From: Marsupella aquatica
Taxonomy: Eukaryota > Plantae > Marchantiophyta
Length of the DNA: 64,000 bases
Direction of reading: 5' to 3'
Assembly (NCBI GenBank): GCA_973895155.1
Contig: OZ316895.1
Location: 20,784,803 to 20,848,802 of the forward strand
The notes beneath the pieces are model-generated. The model had not been told where the DNA came from. It searched no databases and saw only the letters and a list, made by a program, of their open reading frames with translations. Both the position numbers and the translations under genes were made by a program. Positions 1 through 13,649 of the stretch are shown in pieces. Numbering within the stretch: the stretch's first letter is position 1; each line of letters opens with the position of its first letter.

Positions 1-3000
1 ACAAAAACTTGGTATACAAAATCTAAGATTGGTTTAAGCATCTTGATGTAAACACTGACTCATAAATTTCATAATTAAGAACTAAAACATGAAAATAATA
101 TTTTGGAGTTGCATTGTTTACTCAAAGAAAAATAATTAATTCCAGAATTCAGGATAGTGCTACAGTATATCATTCAGGCTAAACCCTAAACTCTGTGCTG
201 TCCTGTCTTGTATCCAGGTCTTGCCTCACCTTTCTCCCACTTTGCCCCTGCATTCCTAGACTCAAGAAGCCGCCCTTGAATTGACCACCATCTTGCGGGG
301 ACGTCCAAGATAGGAAATGAGCACATCCATCTGATTCGAAAGGTGCAGATGGTTGCCTACAAATTTGATGCTGACCAGTGAGGTTTGCTCTTGAGGCAGG
401 ACTCGACCTGGCACCCGCATGCCTTGTCACTTTGCTCACTAAATCTTCAAATGGCGGGGTGTTTTTTTGCTTGCACTAGTGGGAATGCTGTTACAGGGGC
501 AATAGGCTGTCCACCTTGCCGTTAGCCTTAACTTGCATGTGAGAAAGCCTTATCCATGGCCTAAAGGATTTGGTTCAAGCATGAGAACATCTTTGACATA
601 ATCATCTGGAAAGATGATTATGTCAAAGACCCAATAACTCAGCAAGGACATTGATCTTGGGACATTTCTTGGAACACAGTCAAATTTTTGCATACCTTCA
701 GAGCCGTCTTTGAAACAAGTGCCGGTCTATCAAGATTCCAAAGGGCCTGGGAGAGAAATCTATGACTACCTTTTGAGACCTATCTATGTAGCTGGCCAAA
801 AACTTTGGCCTCTCAAACTCCCTCAATTTCCAGGATAAAGCGCGAGGGACCACAGGATCTTCTTGTCTTTGTTTTTTTCAAAGGTCAGGACTTCAAGGGT
901 CGGAGCATTTGCAGACTTTGGCCTCGGCTTTCCACTCAAGAAGCCATGGAGCCTGGCAGATGCTTCATTTCAGACACATTTTCTCCTTAAAAAATAGGCA
1001 GTGAGAACATTGGTTTTAGAGCCGCATACATGCAGGACAGAATTAAGCTCACGTTTCTCGGGAAATTTCAACATGCAAGAACCCTTGCCTCTCGCACTAG
1101 TACAGTGCTCTTGAGCTCATACCCAGTTACATGAGAGCTTGTTGTCCTTCCATTCTCAATAAGTGTAATCTCACCAATTTTCAATATGGCTTCCTTACCT
1201 CTCCTTTCCAAAAGAAAATTGAAAAACTGGAACTATTTAAAGGAGCTAGATTTTACTTGGGTAGGTGAGTCTTTTCAATGAATGCCTTATCCATAATGAA
1301 CTCAAAAGTGGTCACCACAATGAGATTGTAAAACTGTTTTCTAGACTTTCAAATGATTTTAAGTCATCTAGAGGGGAGTGAAGACATACTGTACTATTGT
1401 TTTAGCATTCTTCAACAAACATATTGTAAAATAAATTGTACAAAAACAACTTGACACCCAAACAAGCATGACATTCAAAATGAAAAGCAGTCATCAAGAG
1501 ATCATGCAAAACACAAAATAGAAGGGGAAATGCAAAAAATGTAGGTCATGACTGTCTGTAGAACTAAGACAACACTCACAATGGTGCACAAGATTATCTA
1601 ATGAACAAGTAGTTGACACAAAGAGATAAGTACGTGGTTCACTTTTGATGGGGCCAGTTCACAGGAACACACAAGAGCATTATTACACTCTAGACACATA
1701 AATCATACTAAATCTTTGCAGCATAGATTCAAAGATCATGATGCAACACACCTTATTTCTAGAAGGCAGTCCAAAAGCCAAGACCTCTTGTATGCAGATT
1801 TGATTCACCTTCTTTGGGTTAGAGCATTGTATGTTTCATTCCATCACAATGGACTCCCTGCCTTGCCAAGCCTCGACAAGTGAGGGTGGCCTTACAAGAG
1901 GTTGGGCTCATTGGGCTTTTTATTTAATACATTCTAAAATTAAATCTGGACCATGCAATGAGTGGAAACAACTGTAGTAGACATCACAGAAACTTTGGGG
2001 CCCATTCAGGTATGGGGTGTGCCAATCCTTTGTGACAAGCAATGACCCAAGTAAACACTACTTTGAATTGTTTATCTTGTCTAGAATTTTAGACCAAACT
2101 TTTGCTCCTCTTTTCAGGTGATTTGCATTTATTGAATTTCATTTAGAAATATTTTTTGCCTAGAGTCTATCTTAAGAACAAAAAATGTACTTCCAGCGTG
2201 CTTTAGAACAAGAAGTGTACAGGAAGTCACGAGTGCGACATTTTGTAATGCCACCCTGAGGTCTTCGCTGCACCTTCGAAATGGGAGTTTTCCCCAGCAA
2301 CTCGCCTTGTAAATCAACCCTGAGGTCTTCGATGCATGATTTAGAGGGAAGTTTTCCCCACCAGTTGTTCGCGGGACTAGGAGGTGAAAAAAACCTGGTT
2401 GTCAACCCAAGTGCATATCGAAGGCACCCCTGCTCGAGTAGACTTTTGGAATGCGGCTTTAAACTCAGCAGTATTAAAAACTCACTTTGTCAATTTCTCC
2501 AGTACAGGCAAATTATGCCAGACACAGATTTTCCTGCGCTTATGGGACACACGAACGGAAATAATGAAGATTGACATGATGGGTGAAGGACATACTCCAA
2601 TCCTCACTAAGGAAAAGGGACTGGGGATCAACATGGAGATTTGACTCTGCATGAGGAATAAGGTCCGAACAGGATCGCGAAACGAAACAGATCAAGAAAA
2701 TGCCGATTTGAGTCAACAAGAGTGAGCATTGCCAGGAAGTGGGCAACCCGGTAAAATGAAAAACCTGGAAACAAATGACGAGTACATTACAGTAAGCTTC
2801 CGGGGAATTTCACAGCTTGAACAGCCCAAAATAGTGCTGGGATGTAAGAGACTCGTTTGATATATGGGACCCTGGCTTTAGATGTGGTTTCAGAGACAAC
2901 ACAACAATCTCAAATCCCGTGCATGACAAAGTTTTCAGTGCACAAATCCATATATTAGAAAGTATCCTCGGAAATCTGAGACAGTTCCACAAGTTTTGTG

Positions 3001-3509
3001 CATAGAATTAAGTGAAGAAGAAATTACTGCGAATCGATTCGATACAACAATTTCTCAAGGTACCGGTGAGACTTGCTGGACACATTTCACTTCTCACAGA
3101 GGGCCCAAGAAATGGGACGGCTCCCAGTGATGTCTCTTCCAAAGCAATATAGCTGCACAGATAGTCTGTCAAAACACAGAAACAACGAGAATTCCTCGTC
3201 TGCTATCGATCACATTCTGCGAGAATAACTTTCTGGTAAAACAAATCAACCCAACCTCCACTAAAATGAGAATGTAAGCCCCACAGCTTTACATTGATTT
3301 GGACAAGCTACGCTGAATGTGCAGTCCTGAAAAGTTGTCCACCGATTGTTAAAAAATAGTGAGTGGCAATAGTTTACAATCAGTATAGTACATGTAACTG
3401 TCTATTTGAATCTCGGCTAAAGAGGAGCCAGCGAATCGCCCAGAAACTAGCTAATCAATGGAAATATTTACTTAATCACAAATGTTACCTACAGGAAATA
3501 TCTGCTGAC

Positions 3510-3730
3510 TCACAACTTTGACCCAATGCAAGCACTTCTGGAATCACAAATTTCACCCAATGCAAGCATTTTCGGAATCACAAATTTCACCCAATGCAAG
3601 CATTTTCGGAATCACACATGTGACCCCATGCAACTATTTTCGGAACCACACATGTGACCCCATGAAAACCTTTGCTGCATCACAAGTGTGACCCATTGGG
3701 ATGTATTTTCAGAATCACAAGTGTGAACTC
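3510..3730. repeat. ~34-bp degenerate tandem repeat (~6 copies) just downstream of the FKBP stop codon
   Basis: Unit ACCCAATGCAAGCATTTTCGGAATCACAAATTTC recurs with progressive divergence. Confidence 0.85.
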
Positions 3731-3745
3731 CACTGAGCAGTATCA

Positions 3746-4720
3746 TTAAGAAGGGGCTATGGAAACTCTTTGGAGCTGCACCTCATACTCAATCTCTGCT
3801 CCACCAGGCACAATAATGCCATTTCCCAGATCCTCACCTGCGTCTCCAAAACACTGGTCTGCAGGAACGGTCACTCTTCGTTTCCCACCAGCTTTCATGG
3901 ATTGGAGAGCATACTCCAGTCCGTAGCATACACCTTTAGCATACGGTTTGAGGCCATACACAAAGGCCAGAGGACGCTTGGCAGATGTCGTGTCCACGAA
4001 CACCTCTCCTGTGCTCGCCACTTTCCCTGTGAGGTCGACGAGAATCAAATCTCCCTTAAACGGAGACGAACCTCCACCGGTCCGCACGTCGACGTACCTC
4101 ACATTGTTGTCCAGAACAACTTGCTTAGCTTTGCCCTCTACATTCTGAGTCCCCTGTGACTCGAGGAAAACTTCCGTCCGCGTCTTGATCTGCTCGGAGA
4201 TCACTCCGAATGCCAGAAATCCAACCCACGCCAAGCCTCCCGCCAGTCCGAACCTCCGGCTGAGAGAGGAGCTGATCCAATCCGTAGAATCGCCCCCGCG
4301 ACGAGCTCCCTGAGACCGCCTCCTCGGTTGGCCTCTCGCGAATTCTCCACTTCCCTCGAGCTCCTCCTCCGACGACGATTCCAACGGAGCTGAAGGCGGT
4401 GTGGGAGATGGAGAAGCAGATGATGGAGGAGGAGATGTCGTTGAAGAGGAGGATGATGAAGTAGGGCTCACCGTCTCATCGGACTCTGCGTAACAACGAG
4501 GAAGCAGGAATGGCCGTCCAGAAGATGATGCCCGAGACGAATTCGAGTGATGGAGAAGGACAAGTCTTTTGCAGTTCGGTTGGAACCGTTTGGAATCCTC
4601 TCCTGCGCGGGATGAAATTGAGAAGAGACATGATGGAGAATGAGCTGAAGATGCATAATTGGAGCATCTGCTGTTGCTGAGAGCTGCAGCAGCAGGTGAG
4701 AACGATGTTGATGCCGCCAT
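3746..4720 (-). CDS. FKBP17-2: Chloroplast thylakoid FKBP-type peptidyl-prolyl isomerase (FKBP17-2/17-3-like), intronless, 324 aa
   Basis: ATG at 4720 (MAASTSFS...) begins a Ser/Ala-rich transit peptide. It is followed by TDWISSSLSRRFGLAGGLAWVGFLAFGVISEQIKTRTE and a C-terminal FKBP domain (GGGSSPFKGDL...MKAGGKRRVTVP...EYEVQL...IAPS). The longer ORF start at 4909 lies in a repeat. Confidence 0.9.
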   Translation of the reverse strand: MAASTSFSPAAAALSNSRCSNYASSAHSPSCLFSISSRAGEDSKRFQPNCKRLVLLHHSNSSRASSSGRPFLLPRCYAESDETVSPTSSSSSSTTSPPPSSASPSPTPPSAPLESSSEEELEGSGEFARGQPRRRSQGARRGGDSTDWISSSLSRRFGLAGGLAWVGFLAFGVISEQIKTRTEVFLESQGTQNVEGKAKQVVLDNNVRYVDVRTGGGSSPFKGDLILVDLTGKVASTGEVFVDTTSAKRPLAFVYGLKPYAKGVCYGLEYALQSMKAGGKRRVTVPADQCFGDAGEDLGNGIIVPGGAEIEYEVQLQRVSIAPS

Positions 4721-4852
4721 AGCTGTCGTTGAAGTGAATGTGGAAGAGTCTAACACGGCACACTGAGCTTTGTGATTTGTATTTGTAAAATGGCGTTCCT
4801 TCGTTTCGGAAACATAAAGCCAGGATGGACCACCACGTTTTAAAAACTGCTC

Positions 4853-5250
4853 GGATATACTTTTGCAAACCCAGTGGTCTCGGAAATTGAAGTCCGGATG
4901 GACTTCCACCTTTGCTACATGGTTGGATATACTTTTGCAAACCTGGTCCTTTGGAAACTGAAGTCAGGATGGACCTACAAATTGGCGAAATGCTCAGATA
5001 TACTTTTTGCATATACTTTTGCAAACCTGGTCCTTTGGAAACTGAAGCCAGGATGAACCTACATTGGCCAAAATGCTGAGATATACTTTTGCAACCTGTG
5101 TCCTTCTGAAAATTGAAGCTGGATGGACATTCACATTTGCCAAAATACTTAGGTATACTTTTGCAACCCATGCTCTTTCATAAATTGAACCCTGGATGAT
5201 CTCCACATTGCTAAAATGCTCAAATATACATTTGCAACCTGGATGGACTG
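4853..5250. repeat. ~65-70-bp degenerate tandem repeat (~6 copies) immediately upstream of the FKBP gene
   Basis: Recurring GATATACTTTTGCAA(A)CC...GGAAACTGAAG...GGATGGAC. Confidence 0.85.
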
Positions 5251-5510
5251 CAATGAAACCCTCTTTTCTGCTAGTGTAGTACATATTATATCTATGAGCA
5301 AAATGTGACAAGAAACAAAGACATACTGATGCAACAAGGATCGATGGCATCGAAACGCACTTTCCCACAAAATTGAGGTCACAGTATTTGGAGGTGGCCG
5401 AAAACCATGAAGGGTTTGGAGCACCAGTGTGACATTCACTCATTTGCTGGAAAGCAGGGAAAATGAGGCAAGGCTGCTGATGAAAAGAGTCTCACTAAAT
5501 CTTTGTCACC

Positions 5511-5670
5511 CTACTCAATATTCATGCGTCCTTCTACTCAATATTCATGTTTCCAGATATCTCTTGAACGCTGGAGAATACGATCAAAGATAAATGTTCT
5601 TCTTCTACTCAATATTCATGTTTCCAGAGATCTCTTGAACGCTGGAGAATACTATCCAAGATAAATGTTC
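5511..5670. repeat. Short direct duplication
   Basis: CTACTCAATATTCATG occurs 3 times; TTTCCAGA.ATCTCTTGAACGCTGGAGAATAC...AAGATAAATGTTC occurs twice. Confidence 0.8.
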
Positions 5671-8609
5671 GGATGGAGATTCGATCCAAGCTCGTAACTC
5701 CTACCGAGTTTCAAATAAAGGAGACAAATAAACTCCTGTTTCTAGAAATCGAAGCCCCATGACATCCAGCATTCTGCGCCAGGACTCGAGATAGAATCAA
5801 GTAGAGGAGACTTAAAAGAAACACATTTTTTGGACAAAATGTAGATGGATGAGGCCATCCATAGACCCATGCTCAAAACTGTCACAAAATCTGTTCTGAA
5901 TCACGCAGTTGCTAAAGTTAAGTTAATTTCCACCAGCTATGGGGGCCATTGAAAATCTGACTATTTGAGAAGAAATCCTGCTCAAAATACTCCTTCCTAC
6001 TCATTTTGAGTTGAACTGTGAACAGTACTAGTGAGCCAAACTTACGTCTCTCTAGCACATCTTTGCCAGCCTTAGATCCCATTAAGGGGTTCATTCTCCG
6101 TGTTCCTTCAAGAACATGTTACCATATCTCAAAAAGTGCTTGGTACATCAAATAATCAGCTTCCAATCGTCCGTTCCCATATATGGCCCAACCCTTTTTG
6201 GAGTCGGGAGTAAAAAATGAGCGACTCATTGATTAGCAAATTCCAACATCCCTGACAATCCATGGCCAATTTGTTTTGGTACATTTACAAATGAGATTGC
6301 TTGGGATATTGAAAAAATTGGTGAGGCAAAAGCTGAGTATACCTACCCATTCTGTAGACTCAGTATCTAGTGATGGCAGAACTCGACAATTGAGATCTGT
6401 TAACTTCTGCAGCACCATCACAATACCTAATGCTGTTCAATACAGTTCCTGTCAACGTAAGATTTAGGAAAAGTGTTGGCAGATGAAGGCGTGCAAGAAA
6501 ATGTCTCCGAGTAGGTCTCAATATATATGTGCATACGTTGCAGTACGACACAACGACCCCACAAAACCAGCACAATTAAACAGAAAAACTCATGATATCA
6601 TCACTATTACGGTGTAGATCTAGACACTGATACTCTCGCAACTTGAGAAGACCGAATGTGTGCTGTCAGACCACCTCAGGTATGATCCATTAGCAACATT
6701 ATGCGATGCTTTCCAGCAGTAAAATGACATCTGATTCGAGATGGCACACAATTTCTTGCGCATGAATTTAAACCAAAACTTTGGATCAGAACATCCAATC
6801 CCAAGCAAATGGTAGCAGCATGATGAATTGTCAAAGTGACGTTGAAATAGATCGATACTGGCAAAAGGGACTTCCATTTCAGATTGCTCTTACCGTATGC
6901 ATCAATACCAGCGGGAAGTCCACGGGGAGACTAAGGACAAAACTGTTTATCACATGCATTTCTCCAAACAGATGAAGAAACGTTACCAAACTAGGTGAAG
7001 CTCGGCAGACTACGATCCCAAAAGGTAAGCCACAGCCAGGTCATGCTAGGATGCTTTCCCTGGGTAACATTCTCCTCAGAAATAAAATCTAGTAACCTCC
7101 AAAACTCGTGCTTCAAACTGAAGCATCCTGCAGCTGAGTGCAAAGTTACCATTGCACCAAACATACAGGCCTCAATGTAGGCTATCATTCGGAAACTTTG
7201 GATGAACCCTCAAGCTATTTCATCCCATGTTATGTATTTCCTACTCCAGCTTTCTCAATCTAAATATACACTCCGGTCCATAGCAACAGAAAAAGTGTAC
7301 CAAAGCCCTGCAAAAGGAGAAAAAGTCAGTCTAGCTCTTGTTATCTTGAAATCATCTTGATTCATCATATATACAATCTTGGGCGACAGGCATAAGTTGA
7401 TGGCATGAGTGGCCCATTCAGACCCATAGAACACTAACCAAGAAGACGGACGCCACCCCTCCTGTGGTGAACTCCCGCGCAAGACTCCTATTAAATTTTG
7501 TAGTTGTCACCTCGTAGCTGATGATCAACGGTCGACAAAGCAGAGTTAGTATAATTGACAATAGATCTAGCAAGGAGCAGAAAGAATTTGTGATGTGAGA
7601 CTGCAAGGCATACTTCACATCATTAAGGTCTCCTGGATAAATTCCTTAAACCTCGACTTCAAGAATACAGGCGCTACAACAATCAGAAACTTGACAGTAC
7701 TTCCCCACAAAAGCCCCGCTACTGCGTTCCTCTAAAGCAGATCCAACCTGGTCCTCATGAAGAAATCCTCAACACGGAAATCATCACAAAATCCAGTTGG
7801 CAACTTGCAAGGTTTCAATTTTCTATCGTGCAAACCTTCCATATGCTCTTTTACTGGAAGATGACAGGATAGCAATGTTGATGTGCCCAACTATGGACAT
7901 GCAGCGGCAAATTAAAAGAGAGAAGATTTCAAAAATATTCTTACACGAAAAAGGAGGCCGTCAACACAAGCCCAATTGTCAACAGAAGAACCGCCAAAAG
8001 TGGATAGACTGACTCAGGGACAGGACTGACGATGGGAACGAGTGATGGTGCCTGTACCACAAAAACAGATATACCCATTAGTGTTATAGATGTGTTTCAG
8101 ACAAACAAAGCGACACTCAATATTCCCGGGCTAGTCAGAGCTGTAAGGACCTCTGCCGCATCAAGGCACATTCCGCCGTTTGCCTCTCGTGCAGCTAAGA
8201 TCTTCTTCGTCAACCTACCGAGGTGGTTATTTTCTCTGCTGCTGCGATTACTGTACCAGTGGTTGAAGGGCGGACGGGGTGGATACCTAGGGCAATTCTG
8301 CTGCGACTACTGTTCCTTAGGTCGGACGCTCTCAAGAAATCACTCAAACCTTGGCTCCCGGCCGGCCACGAAACCAATCGACTCACTTCAATTTGTCACC
8401 ATTGTCAAGAACGTCAATCTTCAAGACAATCACAAGCTACTGCACAGGCAAGAATACTAAGGGATTGATCGCTCTTACCATTGTTGGATGGCCTTCTGAA
8501 TCGAGAAATCGCCGAATGCCTCGCCCTTCCGGACTACCCTCGAGTTTCAGATTTGCGAGACGAGGACTTGTGACACAGAAACTCGTCGTCCTCGAGACTT
8601 TGCTGTGCG

Positions 8610-9380
8610 AGAACACGAGTAAACTGGCCGCCGGACGGACGGAAATTCTTTCCGAGAACACGAGTCACAATGGTACATAGTACGGTAATAGGCTGCCGAA
8701 CGGACGGAAATAATTTCCGGGAACACGAGTCACAATGGTACATAGTACGGTAATAGGCTGCCGGACGGACGGAAATATTTTCCGAGAACACGAGTAACTA
8801 TGGTACAGAATACGGGGCCGCCGGCCGGACGGAAATTTTTCCCGAGAACACGAGTAACTATGGTACAGTTACAGCAGTAGGCCGCCGGACGGACGGAAAT
8901 CCTTTCTGAGAACACGAGTAACTGTAGTAAACCACCGGTCGGACAGAAATGCTTACTAACAACAGAAGTAACTATGGTACAGTACATGAGTAGGCAGGAC
9001 TGATGGGAATGCTTTTGGCAAAGACAAGTAACTATAGCACAGTACTACAGGGCATCTTAAATCTTGGAGTTGCAGGAAAAAAATGACGCCCAGAACTATC
9101 AGTTTTGGTCACGGGTCAGCAGTGTGCCGAAGCGGATTTTTGTGTCCGTCACTTTTTTCCTGAGAATCCGTCACTGACCGCGACCTGAGGCAGCAACGTG
9201 ACATTTGAGATGCCCTAGTAGCAGCCCGCCAAATGGACAGGAAAAAGCTTTTTGACAACACAAGTAGCCTGGTCGACAGACTGACTAAAATGCATTCCAA
9301 GAACATGAGTAACCATAGTAGTACAGTACAGTGGTAGTCCGTGGATGGACAGAAATGGTTTCTAAGAACATGAGTAGCTA
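8610..9380. repeat. ~60-66-bp minisatellite decaying rightwards, interrupted by a MITE
   Basis: Unit AGAACACGAGT(C/A)AC(A/T)ATGGTACA...GCCGGACGGACGGAAA; about 6 clear copies, then degenerate ones. Confidence 0.85.
9050..9215. mobile_element. MITE (~165 bp) with GGGCATCT(T/C)AAAT terminal inverted repeats
   Basis: GGGCATCTTAAAT ... ATTTGAGATGCCC; its reverse complement aligns end to end with 59079-59225. Confidence 0.8.
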
Positions 9381-9709
9381 TAATAGGGCTTCTAAAATAT
9401 ATCAGTTTATTTCAACTCAAGGCCTGCCCTGCAATGCACTTGGGCGCACCAAAACAATATAGTCAAATATGAGTGGGGTTGCAGAACTATTTGCAAATGG
9501 ATTTAACCTGAGGTTGATACCTACTCTGAAATCAAGACCTCTTCCCCAGGCCTCCATATATTGAATGTGGCATAAACTTTTGGAAGCTCCATGAATGCTT
9601 TGCTCAATTGCTTTGAGATTTTTTATTATGATTCCCTCTCTAAATTTGGAGTGACACACTTCGCTTCTGTAATACATTGAGTATAGTCAAAATCTACATA
9701 GTCTACCAA

Positions 9710-10136
9710 TGACCTAGCATTGTTTGCATTCACATAAAACAAAAGATGACATTCACAACAACATGCTTATGAACATCCAACGTGCAATCGAATAAACAAA
9801 TAATCAACATGGAGAGATATGTGGTTCACCTCAGATGACGCTATGTCCACATGCTTAATATGCACTCTAAGCCCATTTGCAACCTTTCCTCTAGGACGTG
9901 TATAAGATCAAGCTTACTACACTCTAAGCTTGTTCGCAATACTGAGTTTCCGAAACACAAGCTCTGCCTATTTCTCAATTGGCTCCGTAACAGTGAGCCT
10001 TAGTTCCTTCTCGTCAAGCAAACATTGTTTGGGTATATGGGATGCAAAACACAACTAACCTAACCAAGTTTGTGACTAAGATTAGCTAAATTATAGTTGA
10101 AGTCGTAACTCTAGACCTAAGAATAAATGCCTAAAA
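9710..10136 (-). mobile_element. Degenerate solo LTR, Copia-like
   Basis: Reverse complement aligns with 44970-45282; carries a GTGGACATAG...GGTGAACCACATATCTC motif typical of plant Copia LTRs. A third fragment lies at ~1597-1695. Confidence 0.6.
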
Positions 10137-13100
10137 GACAGAAAGAAATGCTTTTTGAGAAGACCAATAACTATACTAAAATTTCTAGTAGACTATCGGG
10201 CAAGTAGAAATTCTTTGCAAGAACACAAGAAAACATAATACATAGGCTGATGGATCATGCACGCATATTCCTTGTACCATAGAGTTTGCTGCCAAAATTA
10301 CACTTATTGAATTTGGAGAAAGCTAGACGACGGAAATATAAAAGAAAGGTCCCCCATTTGCACAAACTAAGGTTGGTTTTGGAGACTCAGCTGGACACAA
10401 TCAAACCATAGTGTAAGAAAGAGTAGATGCCCGAGTAGATGTGTAATAGATTGGACATCATAGACATTGTTAGAAAAATCAGCTTAAAGGAGCTCCAGAA
10501 GTTCTTGAAATAAAACACCACATCTGCCAAATTTAAAAGTAAGGTTTTGTGAATAGTTGACCACTTTGACAACCCTATTGAATAACATGTCACATGCATT
10601 TTGAAAATGCACGACATACTTAATAATTTTGTGATCACTCAACAATTTTCTGGAGCGGCTTGAGTTCTTAAGTACTTTCTCCACAAGGTTGTCAAAGTAG
10701 CCATTTGCTCTATGAGGGAAGGCTCACTTTTGAATTTCATCCAATTCGTGGTCGATCCCAGTTTCTTTTTGGTGTAAACTCAATGATCAGTTTACGCCAT
10801 CCGTGGGGATGGGCAGGGACAACATCTAGGTCCATCTGGGCTTGAATTTCCAAGAAATTGCTCTCCTGTTTTACTTTCTTAACTTTAAGAATAATGTTTA
10901 TGATGGAAAGTGTTTACATCAAGATGTTACAATATTCTTAAAATTTACATCACAATTACATTACAGATGTTTTTTAGGGTTTCACAAGCAAGCTAAAATA
11001 TGTCGCCACCCTTGATTGGGTCTCTGGCCTGAGGAACCTGTCTCCCTGTTTGACACATTTTGTTCATTGACATTCTGATATATATAAAATACAATTTTCT
11101 AGATTATTTACTTTTTGCACAAACTGGGTTGGCACTACGGTGTGGCAGTTAAACCATATGTGCCCCTATACAAGCTTCATTCCGTGCCTTACTACTCACC
11201 ATAAAAGGTGGAGCACTTGCCACCTTTTGTGGAGCTTAAAGCCCATTTCTGAATGTGTGCACTGTACAATGAGAGCTACAGGTAATGTGTAGCTCTTTAT
11301 AGGTGCACTTGTGGTTTAAGGAAACATGATAGCTAGGGCAGAAGCTAGATCACTCTTCAACTGTAGTTACAGTGTACCGTGTCTAAGTGCAGGCTCCCGG
11401 GAAGACACCCCAAGCCTGCAATTATCCATGTTATGCACTTCATCATAAGTGCATGTTGCACTTCTCCATATGTGTCTATTGCACTTTCCAATAAGTGTCT
11501 ATGAAATTACTAATGCACTTCCACAAATGTCTTGTCGGGTCATATACATAGACTTCTCATACCCAGAATACTCATAGTGCACAACAGAACTGAATAAGTG
11601 CATGAAACCACAATGTGTAGTTGTTTGTTGCACTTATCAATAAATGCTTCTAACATATGTGTTGCAGTCATTGATTAACGCATTTGTACTCTTAGAGATG
11701 GAAAATGCCCTTATGTATTTGTCTTTTAGTGACCTATAACCTGCACTTACAAACTGTGCATTTTTTGGTGCATTTACAAATGAATTTGCTGTATTATTGA
11801 GGGATGACACGATCACCCTGCGGTTACCCATGGAATGCAGTTATGCACGCTGCACTTAGACATGGTAGACTGTATTGGGATTGATGCTCTCAATGCCATT
11901 GGTCCAAACCCAGGTTAATGAGTTTGCATATTTTTCTCCTCAGATTGTGGGCATTTGTCTGCCGCTTGTGGAGCCCACAACTGTCAACACAAAGAGGAAA
12001 TTTTACAGGGCTGGCACTAGACTTGGTGATAGATGGCAGACTGACATTGCCACTTTTGGAGTGGACCACCCTATTTCTCAACTGGGTGGTAATGCCCTTA
12101 GCCTCTGTTTGGAAGTTGGCTGACCATACCAAATACATACTGGAGACACTTAACTCTTACCGAGAGATAAAAGTTTACATTTGCAGAAGACTAAGTGGAC
12201 AACAAACACACAGCCTTAAAACACATAGTAAGGCCTTGGTAAAAAACATTGGAGGATATTATGGCCCAAAATGAGAGTTTTCAGGGTTATTATTGCACAT
12301 ATGAGAGTTTTGAGGGTTATAATTGCACACAATGCCCTTGAAACATGGTGGTAATATGCTTAGTGATTTCAGAGAGTTAAAAAAATATTTTTAGTAGAAG
12401 TAGAGGAGAAGTTTCATAAGTACCAATATCCAAATCAAGACTCTGCATTTTATTGTGAGGCCTTAAGTATATAGTAAAGTCTTGTTTACAGTCCCTTCTG
12501 TGGCATAATGCTTCAAAAAACAAAAAATTCAGCTCAAGAGTTGAGGGGCTAGGTATTGTCCATAATGATATGGTGACAAGACCTTTATACCCATAAATGC
12601 CCAAGAGATTTCTACTTTACTAGTATTAGTAAAAGTAGAGGAAAATGGTCATTATGAGATTATCCAAATCTTGAATGCATTCTTCTCCAATAATGCCCTG
12701 AAAATTAGAAAGAGAAAATCATCACTCTCCTCAAACTTGCACAAGTACAGAGCAAAGTCCTGTTACGAGGCCGTTATGGATTATAATGACCCCCCAAAAG
12801 AGAGCTTCTCCAGATTTGAAAAGTCCAAAAAGTTCCTGGAAAAGGACCATACTACAAATGACTGATTTTTCTTTCTTTTTAAATTTAGTAAAAGTAGAAG
12901 AGAATCTTCCCAAAGAGGTGATCCAGAGCTTGTGAGGGTCATTATGCTCCCAAAATGCCCTAAAAATACAAAGGGAAAAATCAGGACATTAAGGATGAAA
13001 TACTACATTTTTGATTATGTAAAAAATATTGTTAAATAATTATGGTAATGTAGATCCACCAGGTTTTGTTTGGACTATGGATGTATAAGAATATAGTAAC

Positions 13101-13649
13101 ACCTTTCTAATAACACCCTCTTCTCAAGGCATTGGAGTAGGCTACAATGCCCCAAGAAAGAGGGTAATAGGTAATAGGCAATACGTCAAGTTGAGAGGTA
13201 GGACTATTAGTGCATCCACTATGGTTTGCTTGGGGGCCAGTGGCTGTCTAAGATTAAGGTTACGCATCTATAGTAACACCCTGCTTTGATGGCATTGGAG
13301 TGTGCTACAATTCCCCCCAAAATAAGGGCAATAGCCCAAGTTGTGGGGGGAGGACTGATAATGCCCATACTGCGCTGGTAAGAGGGAGTTAGTACACTTT
13401 ATTGTCTGAAAGGTTTTTCACTCTTACTATTTTGGTATTTTACTCTTTTCTCACAACAAACCCGAATTTCTATGCAAGTGGAGATTCTACCGTCTCTACC
13501 AAGAGACAAATAACGCACAAATCTCAAAATGCCGTTTGGGTGCATCTCTTCCATAAAGAGAACAATCTTGAAGGGATTTGAGGAAAGTGAGTTTCGTTCA
13601 GATAAACGTGTGAGGCAAGTGAACCGAACAGGCATTCTTCATGTCTCCA

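Noticed and set aside
179-190. Telomere-like CTAAACCCTAAA
   Set aside because: Fewer than two units; at most a telo-box with no supporting context
4721-5443. N-terminal extension of FKBP and ORFs 4476-5171 / 4994-5443
   Set aside because: They are translations of tandem repeats; the transit peptide starts at ATG 4720
8610-9000. CRISPR-like array
   Set aside because: Sequences between the conserved blocks are homologous to each other, not unique spacers; eukaryotic context with no cas genes
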